A DNA stretch of 63,384 nt, the filler included, from Actinomycetota bacterium (GTDB lineage Bacteria; Actinomycetota; CADDZG01; JAHWKV01; JAOPZY01), in the NCBI GenBank assembly GCA_025963875.1. It is 7 parts of 7 records of this genome, joined end to end, with 100 filler letters (N's around TTAATTAATTAA, not from the genome) between each part and the next. Parts side by side here need not be neighbours in the genome. Positions count along the whole stretch, not along the records: positions 1 to 13,277 come from JAOPZY010000214.1; 6 more parts are not named here. One strand, 5' to 3'. A program made the position numbers and the translations under genes. Position 1 is the first letter of the stretch, and each line of letters opens with the position of its first letter. Shown piece after piece: positions 1 to 9,602 of the stretch. The notes under the pieces were generated by a model. That model saw only the letters and a list, made by a program, of their open reading frames with translations, was not told the DNA's origin and did not search any database.

Positions 1-317
1 GGGTTCGCTGTTCTCCTGCAAGGCGTGTCGGATTTTGCCCCCTCACAGGCCGTCGCGAATTCCACTGAGGGGGGCCTCCGAGGTTGTACGCGGCCCGTTT
101 TCCGCCCGAATTGCTCCGTTTCCGACCGGCCCTGGTCCGAAGTTGGGAGCCGAATCGCGCGTATGCGCGCGCTAGGCTCCCAACCTCCTCCTCCTCCGGC
201 CCCTGGGTGGCGCGGAGTTCCGGACAAGCGCTACCTCGGGTCGCCATTTTGCGACACCCTGATACGCGGGATTTCCTACCAACCTCAGTGGATCAGCCCC
301 CCGTTCCCGTATGGGAA

Positions 318-1988
318 TCACTCTTCGTCGTCGTCGCCAATCCCCGTGATTTTCCCATCATCCCCAATTATCATATTCCCGTTCTGGGTGCCAATCCATA
401 TCCCCTTGTTGATGATGGACCGCTCGCTTCGGTCGAGCTCGCTGGTATCTACACCCTTCGTTTTCAGAAATTCTCGGATGACTGTGAAGAGATGGCGGTC
501 GATGACCTTGTGGAGACGCTCGACATCCGTTTGCTGAAAATATTTCCCATACTCAGGCTCACTTCCGCTATCACGAACGCTGCCCAAGGCGCCAAAATCA
601 AATCTGCGATTTTCTCGAATCTCTTGTTCTATCCGCTGCTCCCGCCGGGCACGACCAATGGGCCGTGCCATCCACCTCGCCACGCGCAAGGGTGCCTTCA
701 GCCAGAGCACCGGCATTGCGATCAAGCTATCGACAAAACTGCGAAAGAACTCGTGAGGCGTGGGCCGCCGATTGAAACGATGGATTTCATAGTAGTCACC
801 TTGGAGCGGTGGAAGCAGGTAGTAGGTGACTTCGATGAAGAGGTAGTCCGAGATCCGCGAGAATCGCACGAACGCTGAGAGAATCACTTCGCTGTCCCAC
901 GCCGACACCTTGATATCCGCATACTGCCGAACCATTGCCTCCGGCTGGTCCTCGAGCTTCGACACCTCATCGATCACGTACCGAAGCTTCGGAAACCGTT
1001 CGTGTGGGCCCTTCGGATGGAAGAAGAGTTCTCTGTTCCTCCCGGGAAAGCGTCCATTCACATAGAAGCGCTGCGCTGCGCTGTAGCCCTTGATGTCGGC
1101 CTGCTGCATCGCTCTCAGCACATGGGCATAAACCTCTGACATCTCGATGGGAGCCACCGGATCAGATGGGCCGGGCTCATCGCGCTCACCTGGAGCTTTC
1201 GTCACGTCGACGGCGATGGACCAGGACCATCTGGGCATCGCAATTCCAGACCCCTTAAATGGATAGTAACCGCTGTAGACGACCACATTCCCGTCCTGGT
1301 GGTCGGTCAGGTGAGCGATGCGTCGCTCGTCCGACGCACGCTGGCTCGGGTGCTCCCTGCCGTATGCAGGAGCGTCAGCGTTGAAGTCCGTTGCGTTCAT
1401 ACGCCGGGCAACGACCCGATATCGTCGCTCATAGGTATCGGCCGCGACGACGACGAGAGCACCGATGGCCATGAGGAGTGACAACGTATGGGCAGCAAAG
1501 GCGGTGATCCCAAGGTATGCCACAACCGAGAATACGATTCTCCACCGTAATTTTGTTTTCCGAGATGTCAGGACAAAAGCGACGATGAGCGCACCCACAA
1601 AAACAGCGATCGTGAACTCCGGACGTAAATGGAGTGCCCAGAGGCCGACAAGGAGCAGCCCCGAGAGGAGTACGTCCCGGCGCCGGCTCAACGCGCGAGA
1701 CGCGATGCAGTGACGCACCACGCTGCCGATGTTGACGCCGTACGAGGGGGCGATGAAGCGGTACGTCTCATACAGGGTCTGACGGATCGCCTCGTCCCGG
1801 AACGTTTCGTCGAGGTATGCCGCTGCGGCCAGGAGTCTGGTGACATCGGGCGCGGCTTCGCTGCCGGCGGGGTCGGGTACGTCCCCCCCGGCGTCTTGAC
1901 CCTCGATGCGGTCAGCGACGTCCAGCGTGGCTCCTCTGTGAGCTACGGCTACTACGTTGAGAGGGGGCCCGCGACGCGGAAAATACAC
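318..1988 (-). CDS. Hypothetical membrane protein (556 aa); paralog of 37940-38646
   Basis: Long ORF with about 4 hydrophobic segments followed by a soluble domain. The C-terminal half aligns with the ORF at 37940-38646. Visibly lower GC than its neighbours. Confidence 0.75.
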   Translation of the reverse strand: MYFPRRGPPLNVVAVAHRGATLDVADRIEGQDAGGDVPDPAGSEAAPDVTRLLAAAAYLDETFRDEAIRQTLYETYRFIAPSYGVNIGSVVRHCIASRALSRRRDVLLSGLLLVGLWALHLRPEFTIAVFVGALIVAFVLTSRKTKLRWRIVFSVVAYLGITAFAAHTLSLLMAIGALVVVAADTYERRYRVVARRMNATDFNADAPAYGREHPSQRASDERRIAHLTDHQDGNVVVYSGYYPFKGSGIAMPRWSWSIAVDVTKAPGERDEPGPSDPVAPIEMSEVYAHVLRAMQQADIKGYSAAQRFYVNGRFPGRNRELFFHPKGPHERFPKLRYVIDEVSKLEDQPEAMVRQYADIKVSAWDSEVILSAFVRFSRISDYLFIEVTYYLLPPLQGDYYEIHRFNRRPTPHEFFRSFVDSLIAMPVLWLKAPLRVARWMARPIGRARREQRIEQEIRENRRFDFGALGSVRDSGSEPEYGKYFQQTDVERLHKVIDRHLFTVIREFLKTKGVDTSELDRSERSIINKGIWIGTQNGNMIIGDDGKITGIGDDDEE

Positions 1989-2003
1989 GGGACCCCGGAA
2001 AAT

Positions 2004-2669
2004 TTAACCACCCATCTCGCCCAGGATCGCGGCCGTGGCGGAGGTGCCGAGGCGGTCGGCCCCCGCCTCCAGCATGGCCAGGGCCGTCGCCAGCGTCGAG
2101 ATGCCGCCCGAGGCCTTCACCCCGACCATCGGGGGCACCGTTGCCCGGAGCAGGCGCACCTGCTCGACGGTGGCGCCGCCGCCGTAGACGCCGGTGGAGG
2201 TCTTCACGAAGTCGGCGCCCCCGTCTGCCGCCAGGGAGGCAGCCCGCTCGATCTCCGCCGGCGACAGCAGGCCGGCCTCGACGATGACCTTCAGGAGGCC
2301 GCCGGCGTCGTGGACCACCTCGGCGGCGGCGTTGACGTGCTCCACGACATCGCCGTAGCGCAGTGCCCGCACGAAGCCCACCGGCAGGACCATGTCGACC
2401 TCACGCGCACCGCGGTCCATGGCGTCCGACACCTCGGCGGCGAGCAGCTCCCTCGTCAGGCCGCCGGTTGGGAAGGCGGCCACGGTGCAGGGGGCCGTCG
2501 CCGACGAACCGAGGATCTCCACGCAGAGCTCCAGGTGCAACGGCAGCACCACGGCCGCGGCGCATCCGAGCGAGACCGCCTCCTCGCACGCCGCGGCCAC
2601 CTCGTCGGGTGTGGCCCCGGGGCGGAGGATGGTCGCGTCGATGCGGGCCGCCAGATCCAGGCCATCCAC
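2004..2669 (-). CDS. deoC: Deoxyribose-phosphate aldolase
   Basis: Motifs IDATIL, AFPTG, EVDMV, LKVIVE, ADFVKTSTG, VKASGGI, RLGTS. Confidence 0.93.
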   Translation of the reverse strand: MDGLDLAARIDATILRPGATPDEVAAACEEAVSLGCAAAVVLPLHLELCVEILGSSATAPCTVAAFPTGGLTRELLAAEVSDAMDRGAREVDMVLPVGFVRALRYGDVVEHVNAAAEVVHDAGGLLKVIVEAGLLSPAEIERAASLAADGGADFVKTSTGVYGGGATVEQVRLLRATVPPMVGVKASGGISTLATALAMLEAGADRLGTSATAAILGEMGG

Positions 2670-2679
2670 CGGCTCAGGG

Positions 2680-2889
2680 CTACGCCAGGCCGATGCGGAG
2701 GTTGCGGACGAGGGTCTCGCCGTCCTTTTCGACGATGTCGAAGGTCACCCGCTGGCCGGTTCGGAAGAATCGGAACATGCCCTGGTCCATGGCGACCGGG
2801 TCGATGGACCACGAGGTGGCCCCGTCGTCGGAGACGATGGTCCCCGTCCTGGCGTTGACGTCGTAATCCTTGACGGACCCCTGCGGCAT
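2680..2889 (-). CDS. Small cold-shock-like OB-fold protein
   Basis: MPQGSVKDYD...GTIVSDDG...GQRVTFDI matches the CSD pattern without canonical RNP1/RNP2. GGAGG SD precedes the ATG at 2889. Confidence 0.6.
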   Translation of the reverse strand: MPQGSVKDYDVNARTGTIVSDDGATSWSIDPVAMDQGMFRFFRTGQRVTFDIVEKDGETLVRNLRIGLA

Positions 2890-2912
2890 ACCGGCCTCCA
2901 GCAACACCGACG

Positions 2913-3860
2913 TCAGTACCCGAAGCGCTCCAGCAGGGCCTCCCGGCGGGGCCAGTTGGGCTCCACCTTCACCCGGAGGTCCAGGAACACGCGGCTCCCG
3001 AGCAGCTCCTCCACATCGGGCCGTGCCCGGACGCCGATCTCCTTCAGCATCCTACCGCCCTTGCCGATCACGATCCCCTTCTGGGAGTCCCGCTCGACGT
3101 AGATGGATGCGGTGACCAGGAGGACGTCCGGTGAGTCCCCCGGTTCGATCTCGTCCACGACGACGGCGACCGAGTGGGGGACCTCCTCGGACAGCAGCTC
3201 GAGCACCTTCTCCCTGACCATCTCGGCGACCGCCATCGACCGGGGCTGGTCGCTGATCGACTCCGGCGGGTAGTACTGCGGCCCCTCGGGCAGCCCGTCC
3301 ACCAGCGCCCGGACGAGGTCCGATATCCCGGTCCCCCGGGGCGACGACGTGGTGAGCACGTCCTTCCAGTCGCCCAGCGCCCTGGCCGCCTCGATCTGCG
3401 ACAGCAGCTTCGGCGGCATCACGAGGTCGGCCTTGGTCACGACGCAGATGACCGGGGTCCCGATGTCGGCCAGCGCCCGGGCGATGAAGGCGTCGCCGGC
3501 GCCGATCCTTGCGGCGGCGTCCAGGACGAACACGACCTCGTCGACGTCCCGGAGGTTCTGGTGGGCGATGTCGTTGAGGCGCCGGCCGAGGGCGTCCCTG
3601 GGCCGGTGGAGGCCCGGCGTGTCGACGAAGACGATCTGGGCCTCGGGCAGCGTGAGGATGCCGCGGACCGCATGGCGGGTGGTCTGGGGCTTGTCCGAGA
3701 CGATCGCCACCTTGGACGACACCAGGCGGTTGAGCAGGGTGGACTTGCCGACGTTCGGCCGCCCGACGATGCAGACGAACCCTGACCGGTACGGGCGCTC
3801 CTGGTCCACCGGGAGGTCCGCCGGGAGGTCCGCCGGGAGGTCCGCCGGGAGGCCGGTCAA
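2913..3860 (-). CDS. era: GTPase Era
   Basis: GRPNVGKST, PQTTR, DTPG, TKAD and KH domain (IVIGKGG). Start inferred at TTG 3860 overlapping the upstream TGA; the ORF-track extension to 4811 overlaps another gene. Confidence 0.95.
   Translation of the reverse strand: MTGLPADLPADLPADLPVDQERPYRSGFVCIVGRPNVGKSTLLNRLVSSKVAIVSDKPQTTRHAVRGILTLPEAQIVFVDTPGLHRPRDALGRRLNDIAHQNLRDVDEVVFVLDAAARIGAGDAFIARALADIGTPVICVVTKADLVMPPKLLSQIEAARALGDWKDVLTTSSPRGTGISDLVRALVDGLPEGPQYYPPESISDQPRSMAVAEMVREKVLELLSEEVPHSVAVVVDEIEPGDSPDVLLVTASIYVERDSQKGIVIGKGGRMLKEIGVRARPDVEELLGSRVFLDLRVKVEPNWPRREALLERFGY
3809..3852. repeat. 12-bp tandem repeat (CCGGGAGGTCCG x ~3.7) encoding LPAD repeats at the Era N-terminus
   Basis: Read directly from the sequence. 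Confidence 0.9.
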
Positions 3861-5149
3861 GAACCGGCGGCCGGCGCCGTGGGGTCCACCGGCCCGGGCT
3901 GCGCGTGGACGAGGACCTTGCCGATGCGCCGCCCGTTCATCCGCTCGACCTCCAGCTCCACCCCGTGCACCGTGACCCGGTCCCCCTCGGAGGGTACCCG
4001 CCCGAGCGTTCCCACCACCAGGCCCCCGACCGAGTCCCAGTCCGCGTTCGGCAGGTCGACGTCGAGCAGCTCCGAGAGCTCGTCCACCCCGAACCGGGCG
4101 ATGACGCGGAGCGACCCGTCGTCGAGGCGCTCGAGCGGCGGCTCGTCGTGGTCGTGCTCGTCGACGATCTCGCCGACGATCTCCTCCAGGAGGTCTTCCA
4201 TGGTGACCAGGCCGGCGACGCCGCCGTACTCGTCCACCACCACCGCCATCTGCGTCTTGCCCGCCTGGAGCTCCCGGAGCAGCTCGGCGGTCTTCTTGAA
4301 CTCGGGGACGAACATGACGTCGCGCATGACGTCGGACGCATGCCGGGTCTGCCGGCTGCCATCCGCACGGACGGCGGCCATCACGTCCCGGGCATGGGCG
4401 ATGCCGATGAGCTCGTCGATGTTGCCCCGGATCACCGGCACCCGCGTGAAGCCCTTCGTGAGCATGACGTCGAGGACGGCGTCGAGGTCGGCGTCGGCGT
4501 CGACGCAGACCATGTCGGGACGCGGCACCATCACCTCGCGCACCACCGTGTCGCCGAACTCGAAGATCGAGCTGATCATCTGGCGTTCCTGCGTCTCGAT
4601 GACATCCTCGGACTCGGCCACCTCGAGCATCGACATGATCTCCTCCTCCGAGGCGACCGGGCCCCGGGGGACGCCGTGGCCGGGCAGGATCAGCAGGAAG
4701 ACGCGGTTGATGGCGATGAGGAGCGACACCAGGGGCTGGAGGGCGGTCCCGAGCGCCCAGACGGGGCGGGCGGCGAGCAGCATGACCTGGTCGGGCCGCT
4801 CCAGGACCCACGTCCTCGGGGCGATCTCGGCGAACTGGAACAGGACGAAGGTCATCACCGCGACCGTCACGACCCCGGCCAGGGGCACCCTGCTGTGGAA
4901 TGCGACGTCGGCCACGAGCACGGTGGCGGTCACCCTGGCCAGCAGCATCGTCAGCAGCGTTGCGGCCAGATACGGCCGGGGATTGTTCGCCAGCGCCACC
5001 AGGATGGCCCCCCGCCGCGGGCTCAGCTCCTGGAGGTGGCGGGCGCGGGCGTGCGACAGGCGGCTGACCGCGTTCACCCAGACCGAGGCGAAGAAGGCGA
5101 ACCCTGTCGCCAGGGCAGCCGCGACCAGTTCCCAGCCGGCTCGGCTCAC
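3857..5149 (-). CDS. Hemolysin/CNNM family protein (DUF21-CBS-CBS-CorC_HlyC)
   Basis: N-terminal TMs, EIAPR, VREVMVPR, FTRVPV, VVDEYGG..GLVTMEDLLEEIVGEI. Usual position after ybeY. Confidence 0.93.
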   Translation of the reverse strand: MSRAGWELVAAALATGFAFFASVWVNAVSRLSHARARHLQELSPRRGAILVALANNPRPYLAATLLTMLLARVTATVLVADVAFHSRVPLAGVVTVAVMTFVLFQFAEIAPRTWVLERPDQVMLLAARPVWALGTALQPLVSLLIAINRVFLLILPGHGVPRGPVASEEEIMSMLEVAESEDVIETQERQMISSIFEFGDTVVREVMVPRPDMVCVDADADLDAVLDVMLTKGFTRVPVIRGNIDELIGIAHARDVMAAVRADGSRQTRHASDVMRDVMFVPEFKKTAELLRELQAGKTQMAVVVDEYGGVAGLVTMEDLLEEIVGEIVDEHDHDEPPLERLDDGSLRVIARFGVDELSELLDVDLPNADWDSVGGLVVGTLGRVPSEGDRVTVHGVELEVERMNGRRIGKVLVHAQPGPVDPTAPAAGS

Positions 5150-5613
5150 GACGCCCGTGCCCCCGACCGTCCGCAGACCGCCTCCTCGCGGCTGCGCATG
5201 GCTGCAGCAGCCTCCTCGGAGTCGTGGTCGTAGCCGAGCAGGTGCAGCACCCCGTGGGTGATCAACAGGTCGAGTTCGGATACGACGCCGTCGGGACCGG
5301 CGGGGGCCTGGGCGATGGCGACCTGGGGGCAGAGCACGATGTCGCCGATCAGCACGGGCGGCTCACCCTCGCCCGGTGGCGAGGTGACGAGGCCGTCGAC
5401 GGGGAACGACAGGACGTCGGTGGGACCGTCGACGTCCAGGTACTGGGCGTTCAACTCGGCAATGCGGGCTGCGTCGACCAGCGTGATGGAGATCTCTCCC
5501 GTGGCCCCCTCGCCGGCTGCCGCCCGGAGCGCCACGTCCCTGAGCCGCTCGGTGTCGACCGCGAGGTCCTGCTCGTCGTGCAGGCTCAGGGAGATTGGTA
5601 AGTGGTCGGTCAT
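5146..5613 (-). CDS. ybeY: rRNA maturation endoribonuclease YbeY
   Basis: PTDVLSFP, GDIVLCP, HGVLHLLGYDH. Confidence 0.96.
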   Translation of the reverse strand: MTDHLPISLSLHDEQDLAVDTERLRDVALRAAAGEGATGEISITLVDAARIAELNAQYLDVDGPTDVLSFPVDGLVTSPPGEGEPPVLIGDIVLCPQVAIAQAPAGPDGVVSELDLLITHGVLHLLGYDHDSEEAAAAMRSREEAVCGRSGARAS

Positions 5614-6698
5614 CCAGGGTCGCGTGGAGAGGCGTCACCCTCCAGGCGGCGGAGGGCCCCGTTGGAGGGCGCCTCGGGGCGGGCCCGCTCCCCGGGGATG
5701 GCGCGACCGTCGTGGTGGTCCGATTCGGCGAACCTGCGGTATGCCTCGACGATCTGCTGCACGATCTTGTGGCGGACGACGTCGTTGGCGTCGAGATACG
5801 AGAAGGCCACCCCGTCGATCCCTTCCAGGATCTCCTGCACGCTCACGAGGCCGGACTGGCCCTGCGGGCGGTCGATCTGGGTGATGTCGCCGGTGACCAC
5901 CGCCCGGGAGCCGAACCCGATACGGGTGAGGAACATCTTCATCTGCTCCGGCGAGGTGTTCTGGGCCTCGTCGAGGATGATGAACGAGTCGTTCAGGGTG
6001 CGGCCGCGCATGAAGGCCAGCGGTGCGACCTCGATCTCGCCGCGCTCCATCGCGCGGGCGTAGGCCTCGGGCGCGAGCATCTCGTAGAGCGCGTCGTAGA
6101 GCGGCTTCAGGTAGGGGTCGATCTTGGCGGCGATGTCACCGGGCAGGAAGCCCAGCTTCTCGCCGGCCTCGACGGCCGGGCGGGTGAGGATGATGCGCCG
6201 GACCTCCTTGCGGGCGAGGGCCTGCACGGCCGACGCCACGGCAAGATACGTCTTGCCGGTGCCGGCGGGGCCGATCGCGAAGACGATCGTGTTCGTCCGC
6301 ATGGCATCGACGTACCGCTTCTGGCCGCCGGTCTTCGGGCGGATCGACTTGGTCCGGGACACGGTCAGCGCGTCCGAGAAGACCTCCGAGGGCCGGAAGG
6401 CCCCGGTCTTCACCATGTCGATCGACCGGGCGACGGAGTCCGTCGTCAGAAGGTGGCCGTGCGCGACCAGCTCCATCAGCTCTTCGAAAAGGTAGGAGAC
6501 CAGCCCCACCTCGTGGGGCTCGCCGGAAACGGTGATCTCGTTGCCGCGCACGAGGATGGGGGTATCGAACCCCTGCTCAACCAGCTTGAGCAGCTCATCT
6601 CTCGTCCCGACGAGATTGACCATCTGCAGATCCCCTGGAACGAGGATCTTCACTTGTGTGGTTGCCTGCACTCCGATGCGTTGCCCCTGTTCTTCCAA
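5610..6698 (-). CDS. phoH: PhoH family ATPase
   Basis: [40 protein letters not shown]. Start may be GTG at 6671. Confidence 0.95.
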   Translation of the reverse strand: MEEQGQRIGVQATTQVKILVPGDLQMVNLVGTRDELLKLVEQGFDTPILVRGNEITVSGEPHEVGLVSYLFEELMELVAHGHLLTTDSVARSIDMVKTGAFRPSEVFSDALTVSRTKSIRPKTGGQKRYVDAMRTNTIVFAIGPAGTGKTYLAVASAVQALARKEVRRIILTRPAVEAGEKLGFLPGDIAAKIDPYLKPLYDALYEMLAPEAYARAMERGEIEVAPLAFMRGRTLNDSFIILDEAQNTSPEQMKMFLTRIGFGSRAVVTGDITQIDRPQGQSGLVSVQEILEGIDGVAFSYLDANDVVRHKIVQQIVEAYRRFAESDHHDGRAIPGERARPEAPSNGALRRLEGDASPRDPG

Positions 6699-6786
6699 TC
6701 AAGGTCCCCTAACGAGGATACCAGCGTGGCACCCCCCACTTCCGGGAGAGCTTCTCGGGGGGGACATCCGTCGGTATCCTCTCCGG

Positions 6787-7998
6787 GTGCCTGTTGGGAG
6801 CCGGTGGCGCTACGGCTGGATGGTCGTGCTTCTGGCCGTGGGCGCCTGCTCGCCGGGCGGGCGGCCCGTGGCAAGCGACACCTACCTCCCGCCGAGCCTC
6901 TCCCCCGGCGTGACGGCCACGGCAGACGGGCCGGCGGCAGCCGCCAGCTCCAGCGCCTCCCCCCTGCCCCCCGTCACGCCCGTCACCCCGGTGCTGCAGG
7001 CGGCCTCGACCTCGGGGTTCACGGCCGAACAGGCCCAGGCGGTGCGAGGTGTCCCCGGCATCACGGCCGTCGCCCGGGTGACGATCGGGCTTATCACCGC
7101 CGACGTGGCCGGCGGCGCCCGCCAGCTCTCGGTCGCCGCCGTCGACCCGCTGGAGTTCCGCCCGCTCGCTCCCACCCCCACCGCGGAGGCCTCGTTCGTC
7201 TGGCAGGGCCTCACCCAGGGCAACGTCTTCCTCGCCCACGAGGAGCAGCCGGTCCTCGGCGTCAACCTCGGGGCGGCTCTCCCGCTCAAGGGGCCGAAGG
7301 GCAACCTCGCACCCAGGGTCGGGGGCCTGGCGGCCAACGGCGTCCCCAACATCGCGGGCGGCCTGATCTCCTCCGTGCAGGCGAGGACGCTCGGCCTGCC
7401 CGAACCGACGATGCTGCTCATCGGCATCACCAACGGCATCTCCCTCGACGCCGTGTCGGCCCAGGTCACCAAACTGCTCCCGCAGGTCCAGGTCCACCCG
7501 CTCGTGAACCTCGTGGAGCACGCGCTGATCTCCGGCCCGGCGGCAGCCAAGCTGCTGGGGTCGTTCACGTACAAGGCCAATCCCGACGGCTCGGTCACCG
7601 AGAACGCCGCCTGGGTGCGGGACAACATCGTCAGCCGAACCGTTCCCATCCTGGGCCAGGTGACCTGCAACAAGCTCATGATCCGCCAGCTCACGGGGGC
7701 CTTGACCGAGATCCAGCAGCAGGGGCTCGCCGGGTTGATCGACGTCAACGAGTACCGGCTGCACCCAGGGAACTGCTACCAGGCCCGTTTCGTCGACAGC
7801 GACCCGAGCCGGGGCCTCTCGTACCACGCCTGGGGCATCGCCATCGACATCAACCGGCTGGCCAACCCGGAGGGGGGAGCCAACCACCAGGACCCGAGGG
7901 TGATCGCCGCCTTCGAGCACTGGGGCTTCCGCTGGGGGGGCCTGTGGTCGCCGCCGGACCCGATGCACTTCGAACTGGCCGGCGTGATGCAGCAGTGA
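6787..7998 (+). CDS. Putative lipoprotein: M15 family D,D-carboxypeptidase with a MacB-periplasmic-like middle domain
   Basis: Lipobox-like LAVGAC and Pro/Ser linker. C-terminal SYHAWGIAIDIN, WGGLW and DPMHFE are M15 Zn motifs. Start uncertain (GTG 6787 or ATG 6820). Confidence 0.8.
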   Translation: MPVGSRWRYGWMVVLLAVGACSPGGRPVASDTYLPPSLSPGVTATADGPAAAASSSASPLPPVTPVTPVLQAASTSGFTAEQAQAVRGVPGITAVARVTIGLITADVAGGARQLSVAAVDPLEFRPLAPTPTAEASFVWQGLTQGNVFLAHEEQPVLGVNLGAALPLKGPKGNLAPRVGGLAANGVPNIAGGLISSVQARTLGLPEPTMLLIGITNGISLDAVSAQVTKLLPQVQVHPLVNLVEHALISGPAAAKLLGSFTYKANPDGSVTENAAWVRDNIVSRTVPILGQVTCNKLMIRQLTGALTEIQQQGLAGLIDVNEYRLHPGNCYQARFVDSDPSRGLSYHAWGIAIDINRLANPEGGANHQDPRVIAAFEHWGFRWGGLWSPPDPMHFELAGVMQQ

Positions 7999-8090
7999 GC
8001 CCCGGGGCTGTCCCGGCGGCTCCGAGAACCACCGCCCGGCGTGGCATCCGTCCGCATGGGGCTGATTGGCCGGGCGAGTCGCCGCCGGGA

Positions 8091-9602
8091 TCAGTCCCCG
8101 GTGCTCGATGCCGGGCGTACGGTTAGGTGCAACGGCTCCTGGCGGAGCTGGCTGACGGCCAGGGCCACCAGCGCCCCCAGGGCGAGGAGCTGGAAGACGG
8201 GGAACGCCGTGGAGAGCGGGAACCGCAGGACCGTCTTCAGGAGGCCGCCGGAGGTGAGCCACTCGTTGCCGAGCAGCAGCAGCACCGAGTATCCCGCCGC
8301 CAGGAAGGCCAGCCGGGAACGCCACTGCAGCGCCACCAGGGGCAGGACCGCTGCCAGGTACCAGGGCTGGATGTAGGAGGTCGCCAGCACGAAGGCCAGG
8401 ACCACCGCCCCGGCCCCCGCGGAGGGCCGGGACTCGGACGAGCCGCCGAAAAGCACCAGGGTCGCCACGCCGGCGAGCAGCAGCATGGCGGCGTACCGGA
8501 TCCCGCCGGTGAGCCACTGCTGGGGCACGGGTGAGATCAGCAGGCCCCCCAGCGGTCCCTGGCCGGCCGGCGAGACCGGCTTCGGCTGCCCGAACGCGCC
8601 CCAGAGCGAGAAGCGGTCCACCAGCCGCGACGCCTCCTGGAGGGGGGCGAGGGCGGGCAGCCCGCCGATGAGCAGGTAGCCCACCGCGACGACCGCCCCG
8701 ATGACCGCGCCCAGCTTCGCGGCGGCCGCCCTGCCCTCTCGCCGCCAGACCCACACGATGATTGCGGCGGCCGGCAGGAGCGCGATCAGCTTGACCAGCG
8801 CCGCAAGGCCCAGTGCGACGCCGGCCACCACCCGCCACCGGCGGGACAGGGCGACCACCGCTCCCAGGGCCGCGAGGCCCACGAGCGCGTCGTTGTGGGC
8901 CCCGTTGACGACGCTGACCACCATGACCGGCGACAGCCCGAGGAACACCAGCGCCGCAGGCTCGACACGGCGGCGGTAGAGGAGCACGAGCGCCGCCACG
9001 ACCGACGCGCCGGTAAGGAGCTGGAAGAAGAGGCGAGCCCGGAGGGCCGAGTCTCCGGCCAGGTGCATGCCCACGGCGGACACGGCGGTGAAGGCGGGCC
9101 CGTACACCGTTCTGGTGTCCTGCCACCAGACCGAGACCCGCCAGAACCAGGGGTCCCCCGAGAACGAGAGCGGCGACACCTTGTAGGGATCGGCGTGGAA
9201 ATGGTCCACCATGCGGCCGTACATGGCGTAGGACCAGACGTCGGCCGACTCGCGGGGCGGGATGACCACGGCCACCGCAATGAGCACGATGCTGGTCCAC
9301 AGGATGAGCCTGGGGTCGAGCAGAGGCCGGCGGGCCTCCATGACGAGCAGGAACGCGAAGGCTGCGGAGGCAACGATGAGCAGCGGGAACGCCCGGCCCT
9401 GCCTGGTGAGGAGGGCCCCCAGGGTGGCCACCCAGAGGACCCCGAGCACGATGTGCGCTCGGCGGGCGTCCCAGTTCCGAGCGAAGGGGAGGCGGTCGGC
9501 CAGCTCGGCCAGCCTCCTGCCCACCTCGGTCCGGGCGGCGGGCTGGATGCCCGGGGATCCCGCCGGGGGCTGGGACCGCTGCGTGCCGGTGCCGGTGCTC
9601 AA
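8091..9602 (-). CDS. GT-C membrane glycosyltransferase (GT87/MptB-like polyprenol-phosphate-sugar-dependent mannosyltransferase)
   Basis: Multi-TM with SADVWSY, YGP, GAHND, LVK, QPWY. Start inferred at TTG 9602 overlapping the upstream TGA. Confidence 0.82.
   Translation of the reverse strand: MSTGTGTQRSQPPAGSPGIQPAARTEVGRRLAELADRLPFARNWDARRAHIVLGVLWVATLGALLTRQGRAFPLLIVASAAFAFLLVMEARRPLLDPRLILWTSIVLIAVAVVIPPRESADVWSYAMYGRMVDHFHADPYKVSPLSFSGDPWFWRVSVWWQDTRTVYGPAFTAVSAVGMHLAGDSALRARLFFQLLTGASVVAALVLLYRRRVEPAALVFLGLSPVMVVSVVNGAHNDALVGLAALGAVVALSRRWRVVAGVALGLAALVKLIALLPAAAIIVWVWRREGRAAAAKLGAVIGAVVAVGYLLIGGLPALAPLQEASRLVDRFSLWGAFGQPKPVSPAGQGPLGGLLISPVPQQWLTGGIRYAAMLLLAGVATLVLFGGSSESRPSAGAGAVVLAFVLATSYIQPWYLAAVLPLVALQWRSRLAFLAAGYSVLLLLGNEWLTSGGLLKTVLRFPLSTAFPVFQLLALGALVALAVSQLRQEPLHLTVRPASSTGD

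Noticed and set aside
3809..3852. 12-bp repeat as a phase-variation switch
   Set aside because: The unit is a multiple of 3, so copy-number change only alters a flexible N-terminal tail.
3861..4811. 632-aa Era with a long N-terminal extension
   Set aside because: The extension overlaps the CNNM/hemolysin gene in another frame. The true start is near 3860.
5595..8126. Long alternative-frame ORFs (e.g. 5595-8126, 6709-9300, 10094-12580, 22635-25523, 27755-29821)
   Set aside because: Arg/Pro/Gly-rich shadow ORFs typical of high-GC DNA, overlapping well-supported genes.
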